Assembly: GCA_963771495.1 (NCBI GenBank)
Contig: CAVYTR010000002.1
Location: forward strand, 751,363-815,362
Direction of reading: 5' to 3'
Source: an uncultured Acidobacteriaceae bacterium
GTDB taxonomy: Bacteria; Acidobacteriota; Terriglobia; Bryobacterales; Bryobacteraceae
DNA: 64,000 nt
Of the stretch, positions 31,147-40,518 are shown one piece after another. Each line of letters begins with the position of its first letter. Position 1 is the stretch's first letter. The notes under the pieces are model-generated. The model ran no database searches and had not been told where the DNA came from. It saw only the letters and a list, made by a program, of their open reading frames with translations. A program made the translations under genes and the position numbers.

Positions 31147-31490
31147 TTATCAATTCGAGCCGCGTCGTGGCAAGTAATCTCCATGACGCTCTGAGAGGAT
31201 TCGCACAAGACGGTGACGCCGGCATAATCGAGAACCAGCATCATGTGCCGCCGTCTCACGAAACTCGCATCGTAGGCGTCCCATCCATTGGGAGCAGATT
31301 CGTAGCCGTCACACTGCGCAATACGCTGCAGAATCGATGCTGTGCAGATGGATTGGGTTTGTGCCGCGGACACGCCATATCGCTAATGCCGGGCATCTCT
31401 ACTTCGGTCCTTTCCGAGCTTCGACGCGCCGGAGAAGCTTTAGTACTCCCGAAGCGGAGCGATGTTCGCAGTGTGCGGTGGCACGAAGGC

Positions 31491-31718
31491 TCAGCCCTTT
31501 TTTGTCGTATCGATGTTCTGGGTGTGACTGATGAAATGTATGCCGAGAGCCGAGAACTGCTGAAGCGCCGCAACGAGAATGCTCAAAGAGCGGGCGAACC
31601 GATCGTACTTCCAAACCAGGACACGATCGAATTCCCGGCGAGCGGCATCATTCATTAGTTCACGACAGGCCACGTATGTCGACAGCGTCAGCGGCGATGC
31701 CGAACGCCGCCGGGTCAA
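31491..31718 (-). pseudogene. Serine recombinase (resolvase-type catalytic domain) internal fragment
   Basis: ...RELMNDAARREFDRVLVWKYDRFARSLSILVAALQQFSALGIHFISHTQNIDTT... matches the central catalytic-domain pattern. The N-terminal Ser-containing motif and the C-terminal HTH are not recoverable in any frame. Confidence 0.65.
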
Positions 31719-31841
31719 ACCGCGGCGTCCAGCGTACTTGCGAAAACGAGTGACTGTGCCTCCCGGATTCTGTTCACTTCTATTTGTGAACAGATCATGC
31801 TCGCAAAGATCACTTTCGACTTGCGTCCAGCGCGATTATGT

Positions 31842-31857
31842 GTAACCATATGGTTAC
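31842..31857. promoter_or_regulatory. Perfect 16-bp palindrome, candidate ArsR-family operator
   Basis: GTAACCATATGGTTAC ends 2 nt before the ATG at 31860 of the arsR-like gene. Confidence 0.5.
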
Positions 31858-31859
31858 CA

Positions 31860-32210
31860 ATGGGCGCGCTTGCTCGCAGATCAAAACGAGATGCTGTTTT
31901 CCATGTGCTCGCGGACCCCACCCGTCGTGGAATCTTGGACCTTCTTCGGCAAAAGCGGCGAACCGTAAACGAGATTGCCAGCAATTTCCATACATCTCGG
32001 CCGGCCATTTCCAAACACCTTCGGTTATTGCGATCTGCGGGTCTAGTGATGGATGAGAAGCAAGGCACAGCGACGGTCTGCAGTTTAAACCCGACGCCAC
32101 TCCGGTCAGTGGACGACTGGCTTAGTAAATACCAGGAGTTCTGGCGAAGCTCTCTTCAAAGCCTAAAGGCGTATGTGGAGGAGAAAAGTGAGTACAACGA
32201 TCACGACTGA
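31860..32210 (+). CDS. ArsR/SmtB family transcriptional regulator
   Basis: FHVLADPTRRGILDLLRQKRRTVNEIASNFHTSRPAISKHLRLLRSAGLV (winged HTH). The ORF opens at 31797, but the internal ATG at 31860 fits the family length. Confidence 0.85.
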   Translation: MGALARRSKRDAVFHVLADPTRRGILDLLRQKRRTVNEIASNFHTSRPAISKHLRLLRSAGLVMDEKQGTATVCSLNPTPLRSVDDWLSKYQEFWRSSLQSLKAYVEEKSEYNDHD

Positions 32211-32649
32211 TTCAATTGTCGAGGAGATCGCAATTGAAGCGCCAGCCGAACGCATATTCCGCGCGTTGACACGCCCTTCGGAAATCCTTAACTGGTGGAG
32301 AGCGGAAGGCAGGTTTCAGATCACCCATTTCGAAAGCGATTTGCGCGTCGGAGGCAAGTGGATGATTCGTGTCGCGGGGGCTGCGACCGGCACGTCATCC
32401 GTTGTGAAGGGCGAGTACCGGGTAATTGAATATCCACGGCGTCTGTCCTACACATGGCAACGGTTCGGCGAAGGCGAGAATGAGCGCGAGACTCTCGTCA
32501 TATGGGAACTGGACGAAAGCGATGGGACAACGGCCATTCGTGTCTCTCACACTGGCTTAGTCACGGACGATCTTCGCCGCCGAAACAGCGGCTGGCCTCT
32601 GATCCTCAAACTAGTTCGCAATTATCTCGATACAGCTGCGCAAGCCTGA
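32188..32649 (+). CDS. SRPBCC (Aha1/activator of Hsp90 ATPase-like) domain protein
   Basis: IAIEAPAERIFRALTRPSEILNWW...WELDESDGTTAIRVSHTG. GTG at 32188 is preceded by GGAGGAG. The pairing with arsR is typical. Confidence 0.75.
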   Translation: MSTTITTDSIVEEIAIEAPAERIFRALTRPSEILNWWRAEGRFQITHFESDLRVGGKWMIRVAGAATGTSSVVKGEYRVIEYPRRLSYTWQRFGEGENERETLVIWELDESDGTTAIRVSHTGLVTDDLRRRNSGWPLILKLVRNYLDTAAQA

Positions 32650-32691
32650 GAGCTACATCGGACTGATCCGTTTTTCTTGCAAGGAAGAATC

Positions 32692-33312
32692 ATGAGACAA
32701 ACATTGGGCACGCTGGTTTTGGGTGCGGGACTGAGCGCTGGTACCGCCGCAGATAAAAAACATCAAGCGGCACCAGCGGGAACCGGTGCTGCACGAGCAG
32801 TCCGCGTTGAGGGAACCGTCAATGCGCCGGTAGCGGAGGTGTGGCGTGTCTGGACTACATCAGAGGGCGCCGAGGAGTTCTTTGCAGAGAAGGTGAACAT
32901 CCGGCTGGCAATCGGCGGACCTTATGAGATTCAATTCGACCCTAAGGATCAGCGGTCGGGGACCAAGGGGTTGAGAATCCTAAGTTATGCGCCGAACGAA
33001 ATGATTTCGTTTCAGTGGAACGCACCGCCCCAATATCCGGAGGTGCGCAATGGCGGAACTTGGGTTGTTGTTCAAATGCGTTCAGAAGGAGCAGACCGCA
33101 CGCATCTCACCATAACGCATTTGGGCTGGAAAGAAGGCTCGGAGTGGGACCTGGCATTTGCACATTTCGAGCATGGGTGGGGCGATCTGCTGAAACGCTT
33201 AGAGAAGCGTTTCAGCGACGGACCCATCGACTGGAACAGGGAACATATGATGTATCAGGAATCGAGGGTGCAAGAAAGCAGTAGATCATCCCCCACAACC
33301 AGAAAAGAGTAA
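32692..33312 (+). CDS. SRPBCC domain protein with N-terminal signal-like segment
   Basis: MRQTLGTLVLGAGLSAG..., then NAPVAEVWRVWTTSEGAEEFF...THLTITHLGW. AAGGAAG lies upstream of the ATG at 32692. Confidence 0.7.
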   Translation: MRQTLGTLVLGAGLSAGTAADKKHQAAPAGTGAARAVRVEGTVNAPVAEVWRVWTTSEGAEEFFAEKVNIRLAIGGPYEIQFDPKDQRSGTKGLRILSYAPNEMISFQWNAPPQYPEVRNGGTWVVVQMRSEGADRTHLTITHLGWKEGSEWDLAFAHFEHGWGDLLKRLEKRFSDGPIDWNREHMMYQESRVQESSRSSPTTRKE

Positions 33313-33514
33313 AAAGAGTGTGACGATTTAACCAGGATCCTTAACGGTTCCCGTCAGGAGATGTCGGATGTGAACATACGCATCGCGGCGCGGGATCGCC
33401 CCTGGCTGTGACTCAGCTTCAAAGCAAAGGAACAGAACTGGAGGCGAAAGAGAACGACAAAAGCAGATCAAGGCTCACGTCGATCTCTATCAGCGACAAT
33501 AAAATCACTACACG

Positions 33515-34732
33515 TTAGCCGTTCAACAATCCGCCGCGCCTGGCCTGAACGTCCTCTCTGATTCCATCCGCAGCAGCCCCTGTTGCCACCCCATGCGCCG
33601 CCAGGATGTTCGCCAGGATCGGAGGAATTTCGAACGCTGCCCGATTGCTCATCCGCTCGATGTTTTCCTTCATTCGCGTATAGTTCGGTCCCGCTAGCAT
33701 CCGTTCCACCGCGCCCTCGATGTCGCGGAAATTCTGAAGTACAACGCCGACTCCATTCTCTTTAACCCACTCGGCGTTATACCGTTCTTGCGGCAGTGTC
33801 CACAAGTTCGATTCCACAATCACCGGTAATCCCATCTGCAGCGCCTCCGAAATGCTGCCCGGTCCTGGCTTTCCGATAAAGAAATCGCCCAGGTACATGT
33901 AATGCGGAATGTCCTTCGTAAAGCCTTCCACGAAGATCTTGTTCCGCAGCTTCAACGCCTGCAAACGCTCTTTCAGGCGCGCATTCCTGCCGCAGATCAG
34001 GATCAGTTGCAAATCCTGCTTCGAGTTTCCGAGTCGCTTCGCAATGGAGTACATCGTGTTCGAACCCTCGCCTCCGAAGAGCACCACTCCCGTCGGCAAA
34101 TTCGGATGAAGCCCCAGCCGCTGTCTCTCTGCGCCACGATCTTCCGTCCAGTTTCTGTAAAACTGAGGCCGCAAAATCATCCCGCTCACGCGGATGACGC
34201 GGTGGTCTGGATGCCTCATGCCTTTGGCCTGTTCTGTGGCACGCTCCGTCCCGCAGATGAAGTATTGATCCTGGTCTTCCATCCAGAAATGCGGAGGATA
34301 ATCGGCTAAATCGGTCAGAACTGTCACGTACGGAGTGCCGGGGCAGGCTTGCTGGAGACTTTCGAAAACCGCGCGGTTCAGATTCGGTATCAGCGATACC
34401 ACCATGTCCGGTTTCCGCTCGCTCCAGAACCGCGTCAACAGTTTGACACTCGAAGAGTGATAAATCCGGATAACCTGCTGCAGACCAAACAGCAGCTGCG
34501 CTGAGCCTAGAGTCCAGCCTTTGGCCAGCAGATGGTTATAGATGTCCTGCGAGCGGAGTCCGGTTAACTTCCGGAACACATCCAGCGGGTCAAGAACTTC
34601 TTGCAGGTTCACCAGACGAATGTTCCAGTCGTATCCTTCGGCAGCAATCACTGATTCGAGCGCGGTAGCAGCGCTTCGATGTCCGCCTCCGGCTTCGAAG
34701 TAGACAAAATCCAGTGTCGGTTGTTTTCGCAA
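33515..34732 (-). CDS. MGDG-synthase-like / GT28-type glycosyltransferase (diacylglycerol glycosyltransferase-like)
   Basis: FEAGGGHRSAATAL N-terminal motif. C-terminal GT-B domain (FIGKPGPGSISEALQMGLPVIV). Confidence 0.75.
   Translation of the reverse strand: MRKQPTLDFVYFEAGGGHRSAATALESVIAAEGYDWNIRLVNLQEVLDPLDVFRKLTGLRSQDIYNHLLAKGWTLGSAQLLFGLQQVIRIYHSSSVKLLTRFWSERKPDMVVSLIPNLNRAVFESLQQACPGTPYVTVLTDLADYPPHFWMEDQDQYFICGTERATEQAKGMRHPDHRVIRVSGMILRPQFYRNWTEDRGAERQRLGLHPNLPTGVVLFGGEGSNTMYSIAKRLGNSKQDLQLILICGRNARLKERLQALKLRNKIFVEGFTKDIPHYMYLGDFFIGKPGPGSISEALQMGLPVIVESNLWTLPQERYNAEWVKENGVGVVLQNFRDIEGAVERMLAGPNYTRMKENIERMSNRAAFEIPPILANILAAHGVATGAAADGIREDVQARRGGLLNG
33538..33578. repeat. 41-bp direct repeat, copy B (right boundary of inserted segment)
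   Basis: gcctggcctgaacgtcctctctgattccatccgcagcagcc. It lies inside the 3' end of the glycosyltransferase gene on the opposite strand. Confidence 0.85.
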
Positions 34733-34925
34733 CTCCTATCCTACTTTCGCGTGGGCGTAACCCTTCAATTCCCCGGTTTCCGGTTCAATCTGGGCGAAAA
34801 CGGCAATTTCACGGACGTTTTTTGAAGCTGTCACCGGCCAGTAACACTCTTCGCTTTACAAAGAAGACAGAGGAAGCAGCGGTCATGCTTTATCGCGTAG
34901 ACTTGGTTGTAGAGGCGCGGCCGTT

Positions 34926-35462
34926 ATGACGGCCCACCACGCCATGCTTCAGTTTATTGCCACCCGCGATCACAAGTTGATGCGGAAGGTGAATAAGTGG
35001 CCTGCCCCCAAGTGGGTCCGCTTGTCTGCGATTGCTGCCACTCGCGCCGGCGATGGCTGGCTCTGGTACCTCGCCGGTTTATGCATCCTGCTGTTTGGCG
35101 GTGCTGACCGCCTGACAATAATCGCCGCAGCCGGTTCTGCCGCGCTGGTCGGTGTAGGCATCTTCATTGCATTGAAAAAAATCTCCGGGCGCAAGCGTCC
35201 CTGTGAGATTGAGCCTCATTGCTGGGCGCATTTGCTTCCGCCCGATCAGTTCTCGTTCCCTTCCGGCCATACCATCACTGCCTTTGCGGTTGCAGTGACC
35301 ATCGGCGAGTTTTACCTTCCGTTCTTTGCCATTCTGCTGCTCTGTGCCATTGCCATTGCAACTTCGCGCATCCTGCTCGGCATGCATTTCTTGAGTGATG
35401 TAGTTGTAGGCGCAATGCTTGGTATCGGTTTGGCCATGACGAGTCATTCGCTTTTTACTTGA
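34926..35462 (+). CDS. PAP2 family phosphatase (membrane)
   Basis: KKISGRKRP...PSGHT...SRILLGMHFLSDV, the three PAP2 acid-phosphatase motifs. Confidence 0.85.
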   Translation: MTAHHAMLQFIATRDHKLMRKVNKWPAPKWVRLSAIAATRAGDGWLWYLAGLCILLFGGADRLTIIAAAGSAALVGVGIFIALKKISGRKRPCEIEPHCWAHLLPPDQFSFPSGHTITAFAVAVTIGEFYLPFFAILLLCAIAIATSRILLGMHFLSDVVVGAMLGIGLAMTSHSLFT

Positions 35463-35518
35463 TCGTTGGTCAGGCTCGCATCGGCTGCCTCGCTATATTG
35501 GAAGAGGCTTAAGGCCGG

Positions 35519-36433
35519 ATGCTGCGCCAAACCCTCCTCCATCTTTCCCAAAATCACTGGCTTCGGCAGTGGATGGAAAACTCACCCGTCTCCCGCAAGC
35601 TGACGTCGCGATTCGTAGCCGGTCCCACCCTCGAAGAGGGGATCGATGTACTGAAGCAGCTTTCGGCCGAACGGATTTCGGCCACTCTCGATTTTCTCGG
35701 CGAGAACGTCACCTCGCTTGAAGCTGCCGCCCATTCGCGCGATTGCTACATGTCAGCCCTCGACCAGATACGGGAAGCCGGGTTGCCTTCCACCGTTTCT
35801 ATTAAGCTGACTCAGTTCGGACTCGATTTCTCGCCGGAAGGCTGCTCGAATAACGTCTCCTCGCTCGTCGAGCGCGCCCGCGCCATGAACAGCCGCGTCG
35901 AAGTCGACATGGAGTCGAGCGAGTATACCGATCGCACACTCGCAATCGTTGGCGGAATTCAAACCCGTTATCAGGGTTGTGTACGGGCCGTTATCCAGGC
36001 TTATCTATATCGAAGCGAGAAAGATATCGAAAAGCTCTCGGAGCAGCAAATCCCCGTTCGTCTTTGCAAAGGTGCTTACCGGGAGTCCGCAGAGGTAGCG
36101 TTCCCTCGCAAAGCCGACGTAGATGCCAATTACGTCAAGCTGATGAAGATTCTCCTCGAAGCCGGGACTTTCCCCGCCATTGCCAGCCACGATGAGAAAA
36201 TCATCCGCGAGGCGCTTTCTTACGTTAAGCAGCACAAGGTTGCTCGCGAGCGTTTTGAATTTCAAATGCTGTATGGTATCCGGCGCGACCTCCAGCGGCA
36301 AATTGTGGCGGAAGGATACAATCTTCGCCTCTACGTTCCATACGGGGACGCTTGGTATCCGTATTTCATGAGGCGTTTGGCCGAGCGTCCTGCCAACGTG
36401 CTGTTTTTGGCGAAGAACTTGCTCCGTAATTAA
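35519..36433 (+). CDS. Proline dehydrogenase family protein
   Basis: LDFLGENV...VRLCKGAY...ASHD...FQMLYGIRRDLQ, the monofunctional PutA-like ProDH pattern. Confidence 0.85.
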   Translation: MLRQTLLHLSQNHWLRQWMENSPVSRKLTSRFVAGPTLEEGIDVLKQLSAERISATLDFLGENVTSLEAAAHSRDCYMSALDQIREAGLPSTVSIKLTQFGLDFSPEGCSNNVSSLVERARAMNSRVEVDMESSEYTDRTLAIVGGIQTRYQGCVRAVIQAYLYRSEKDIEKLSEQQIPVRLCKGAYRESAEVAFPRKADVDANYVKLMKILLEAGTFPAIASHDEKIIREALSYVKQHKVARERFEFQMLYGIRRDLQRQIVAEGYNLRLYVPYGDAWYPYFMRRLAERPANVLFLAKNLLRN

Positions 36434-36483
36434 TCCTGGTTGTCTCGCAACTCCAGCAGAACGGAAGGAGTCTAATAGGGTAA

Positions 36484-36936
36484 ATGAGGTACTGGGCCTA
36501 TCTCGCCGCCAAGTGCATCTCTGTTGCCGCGATTGTGTTCGCAAGCATGTCTGCGCTGACGCGTTTTTATCCGGCTCCGCCTCCGCCTCTTCCACGCTTC
36601 GGCCCGCCTCCGCCGCTGTTCCTGCACGATCTGTTGTTCACGTTTCTGACCTTTGGCATATGGCTGATGGGCGCTGGTTTCTTCTCTCTCACTATGCGCG
36701 ATCAACGCCGCCGCTGCCGGACGTGCCTGCGTCCGCTCATCATGCCTGTTCATAGCGGGTCCTGGGGCAACATGGTGATCTTTGGCCGCCCTCGCACGGA
36801 GTTCATCTGTCCGTTTGGTCACGGAACGCTCAGTATCGAGCACTTACAGATAACCGGTAAGCACCCCCCGGACTGGCAGCCGCATGATGACGATATCTGG
36901 AAAGAGTTAGAATCGTACTACCAAGCCGAGAAGTAA
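36484..36936 (+). CDS. Hypothetical membrane protein with Cys-rich C-terminal segment
   Basis: Two or three hydrophobic helices, then RRCRTCLRPL...FICPFGHG. No recognised family. Confidence 0.5.
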   Translation: MRYWAYLAAKCISVAAIVFASMSALTRFYPAPPPPLPRFGPPPPLFLHDLLFTFLTFGIWLMGAGFFSLTMRDQRRRCRTCLRPLIMPVHSGSWGNMVIFGRPRTEFICPFGHGTLSIEHLQITGKHPPDWQPHDDDIWKELESYYQAEK

Positions 36937-36991
36937 CCTAGGTAACCTGAGGGCGTCAAAGGTTGAGAGCGCTTCAGTCAGGCCAGGAAAT

Positions 36992-39492
36992 TTGCCCGTT
37001 CGCATAAAAGTACCTTCCAAGCCCGCCCCCACCCGCGACTCTTCCAGAAGCCGCTTGTTGCCGTTTCTTAAAATTGCCCTGGCCGGTATTTTGTTGGTGG
37101 TCGCGGTCGCTGCTATCTTCGTCGGTTTTGCGTACAGGAAATACGCCCGCCTCACCGACGAAAAGCTGACGCAAGGCCCTTTTCCGAACTCGTCTCTGCT
37201 TTACTCTGCACCGGAGACAGTCGGCCTTGGCGACCCGGGCACAGCATTGCAATTTGCCGCGCGTTTACGCGAGAGCGGTTACGCCGAAGATGTGCGCGCC
37301 AATACGGCCGGCTGGTATCACCTGCGTCCAAATGCTATTGAGATTTTTCCTGGCGGCCGGGCTAACACCGACTCAGAACCCGGTGTTCTGAAATTTCAGG
37401 GTGGAAAAATTCAATCGATTATCGCGCTCACAGACAACAGCGCCCGAACGCAGTATGCTCTGGAGCCCCAACTCCTCAGCAATCTTTTCGACAAAAACCG
37501 TGAGAAGCGACGGCTCGTAAAGTACGACCAGATCCCTCCCGTTTTGGTGCACGCTGTTATCTCTATCGAGGACAAACGCTTCTTTCAGCATTCGGGCTTC
37601 GATCCCATACGAATCGTCAAAGCCATGTTCATCGATTTGCGGGAGCGCCGGCACGCGCAGGGCGCATCCACTTTGACCCAGCAGCTTGCTCGCAATCTCT
37701 GGCTCGATGCACGAAAAACGTGGTCTCGCAAATTTGATGAACTGCTAATTACCATCCATCTGGAGCAGAAGCTCAGTAAGCAGCAGATCTTTGAGTATTA
37801 CGCGAACCAGGTCGATTTGGGGCGTCGTGGATCCTTTGCCATTCGCGGCTTCGGCGAAGCTGCCCAGGCTTACTTCGGAAAAGACATTCGCAGCCTGACG
37901 CTGCCGGAAGCCGCTACTTCGCCAGCCTCATCCAGGAGCCGAGTTTCCGTAACCCGGTTCGCTGGCCGAAGCGGGCCGAGGCCCGAAGGAATGTCGTGCT
38001 CAAGCAGATGCTCGATAACGGCTACGTCTCGCAGAGCCAATACGAAAGCGCCGTGCAAACTCCGGTGACGACAGCGAGGCAGGGCATTGAGTCTGCAGAC
38101 GCGCCGTACTTTGTTGACCTGGTAAACGAGCGGCTCGCCGGTGATTTTCAGGACCACGATTTTCAGGACTCCGGCTCTCGCATCTACACAACTCTCGACC
38201 CCAATCTGCAGCGGGATGCAGCCGAATCTGTGGCGCTCGGCATGCGTGAGATCGACGCTGTTCTCGCCAAACGAGCCAAGGGCGGTCCTATTGATGAGCC
38301 CCAAGTCGCGCTGATTTGCCTCGATCCTCACACCGGAGAAGTAAAGGCGCTTATCGGGGGTAAGAATTATGGTGTAAGCCAGCTTGACCATGTGGTCGCA
38401 AAACGTCCGTCAGGCAGTATTTTCAAACCTTTCGTCTACGCAGCGGCTCTGAATACCGGCTTGTGGGATCATCCCGACCCGATCACAGCCTCGAGCATGG
38501 TGCAAGATGAGGCGCGCACGTTTTTCTTCGGTGGGAAGTCCTATGAGCCGGTCGACTATCACAAGGGCGACTGGCTCGGAGACATCACTCTGAGGACGGC
38601 TTTTGCCAAATCCTTGAACGTACCCGCAGTTGAAGTGGCAGAGTCTGCTGGCTATTCAGCGGTGGCCGACCTGGCGCACAAGGCGGGTCTCGAAGATATT
38701 CGCGCAACGCCTGCGATGGCACTCGGAGCTTACGACGTCACTCCGCTCGAAATGGCCGGCGCCTACACGTTATTCGCGAATGGCGGCATCCTGGTGAAAC
38801 CAAGATTCATTGCCAGGATCGCCGACAAGAACGGACAGGATGTCTGGGCCTCGCATCCGGAGACAAAGAAGATTCTCGATCCGCGCGTGAACTTCCTGAT
38901 GATTAGCCTCATGCAGGAAGTGTTGCGGAGCGGAACCGGAGCGGGCGTTCGATCGCGCGGTTTTACCCTTCCGGCTGCTGGCAAAACCGGAACCTCCCAC
39001 GACGCCTGGTTCGCTGGCTTTACAACGAAGCTGTTGTGTATCGTCTGGGTGGGTCTCGATGATTATCAGGACCTCAAAATGGAAGGCGCGAAGGCGGCTC
39101 TTCCGATCTGGGCAGAGTTCATGCGTCGCGCCCACAAGCACAGGGACTACCGGGATGTTGCGCAATTCGACGTGCCCGATGGCGTCGTGAGTGCGCAGAT
39201 TGATCCGTTGAGCGGTCAACTAGCGACGAGCGCCTGCCCGACAGCACAGACCGAGTACTACATCCTGGGGACACAACCCGTACAGTTCTGTCCGCTTCAC
39301 CAGGGCGGTTCTACTGAAATAGCCGGTTGGGATACGGGGCCAGTTGCCCCGAAAGCCCTTCCGAATATTCCGCCTGCACCGGGCCAAATGCCGCCTGCTG
39401 TGGGCGCGCCGGACGAGACCGCGCAAACCCAGGACAACAAGCCCAAAGACAAGAAGGGCTTCTTGGACAAGCTGAAAAGTATCTTTAAGTAA
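36992..39492 (+). pseudogene. mrcA: Class A penicillin-binding protein (PBP1A-type transglycosylase/transpeptidase), split by a single frameshift near 37908-37920
   Basis: ORF 36992..38068 carries GT51 motifs (ISIEDKRFFQHSGFDP, GASTLTQQLARN). ORF 37996..39492 carries the transpeptidase motifs (SGSIFKP, KTGTS). The frame of the second ORF extends upstream as ...YFASLIQEPSFRNPVRWPKRAEARRNVVLK and joins ...LTLPEAA in the first frame. Confidence 0.85.
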
Positions 39493-39554
39493 TTTCGGGT
39501 ACGCTGTCTCGCCGGAAAGGGTATATAGTAGGGAACCAAGGGGGATCGCACCTT

Positions 39555-40349
39555 ATGGTCTCTTTTTCAAGCTCGCTACTCGCCTGCTGTGCTGTCAGCA
39601 TCGTCCTGTCCGGTTCCTGCCTCCACGCGCAAAACGGCTTCGTTGATAAAGGACTTCGCGATGCGCCGGTTACGGTGCCCGCCGCCACTCCGCGCCCGCA
39701 GTTGACAAACGAACTGCGCGGCGATATCTACATGGCCCGGAAGATGTATCGGGAAGCCATCGATATGTACCGGCTGGAGCCGCGAGACTCTCCCGTGATT
39801 GCCAATAAGATCGGCATCGCGTTCCATCAGATGTTGCAGCTGAATCTCGCAAAAAGCAATTACGAGCGCGCGATCAAGTTGAACCCGAAGTACTCCGAAG
39901 CTATCAACAATCTCGGCACGGTCTATTACGCCGGCAAGAGCTACCGCCGAGCTATCGGCTGCTACAAGAAGGCTCTTCGTTATTCGGCTCCGAGCGCGTC
40001 CATCGACGCTAACCTTGGCGCAGCTTATTTCGGTCGCAAGAACTACAAGGAAGCGACCGAGTACTACGAGAAGGCGTTAAAGCTTGACCCGGACGTGTTT
40101 GAGCATCACAGTACCTTCGGCACGCTAATGCAGGAACGGACCATCGGCGACCGCGCGATGTATCACCTGTACCTTGCCAAGATGTATGCGAAATCCGGCG
40201 CTTCGGACCGCGCAATCATATGCCTGCGCAAAGCGCTCGAAGAGGGCGTAAAGGATCGCGACAAGATTCCGAGCATGCCCGAGTTTGCCGTGTTGAAGAC
40301 CAGCGCTGCTTTCAAGCAGTTGTGGCTCGAGAATCCCAAGCCCTTATAA
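39555..40349 (+). CDS. Tetratricopeptide repeat protein (signal peptide)
   Basis: N-terminal hydrophobic signal. Repeated TPR-like AxxxYxxAIxLNP / YEKALKLDP motifs. Confidence 0.75.
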   Translation: MVSFSSSLLACCAVSIVLSGSCLHAQNGFVDKGLRDAPVTVPAATPRPQLTNELRGDIYMARKMYREAIDMYRLEPRDSPVIANKIGIAFHQMLQLNLAKSNYERAIKLNPKYSEAINNLGTVYYAGKSYRRAIGCYKKALRYSAPSASIDANLGAAYFGRKNYKEATEYYEKALKLDPDVFEHHSTFGTLMQERTIGDRAMYHLYLAKMYAKSGASDRAIICLRKALEEGVKDRDKIPSMPEFAVLKTSAAFKQLWLENPKPL

Positions 40350-40518
40350 TTGGGACATCCGATCCGTTACTCTCTACGCTCTCACCATCACTCTGCTCGT
40401 TCTCGCGTCTTCCTGTTCGAAGGCTCCTGACAACACAGTTCACCGTCTTGCACTGCTTCCGGCTAATGTTCTGATCGACGATCCGTCTTCGAAGTGGCTG
40501 CGGCTTGCAGTTCCGTTC

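Noticed and set aside
31041-31373. A 110-aa minus-strand ORF ending ...AADEIREDVQAKHVSGIGG...
   Set aside because: Its similarity to the glycosyltransferase C-terminus is explained by repeat copy A. The rest overlaps the hrpB 3' end antisense. It is treated as an orphaned tail created by the insertion, not as a gene.
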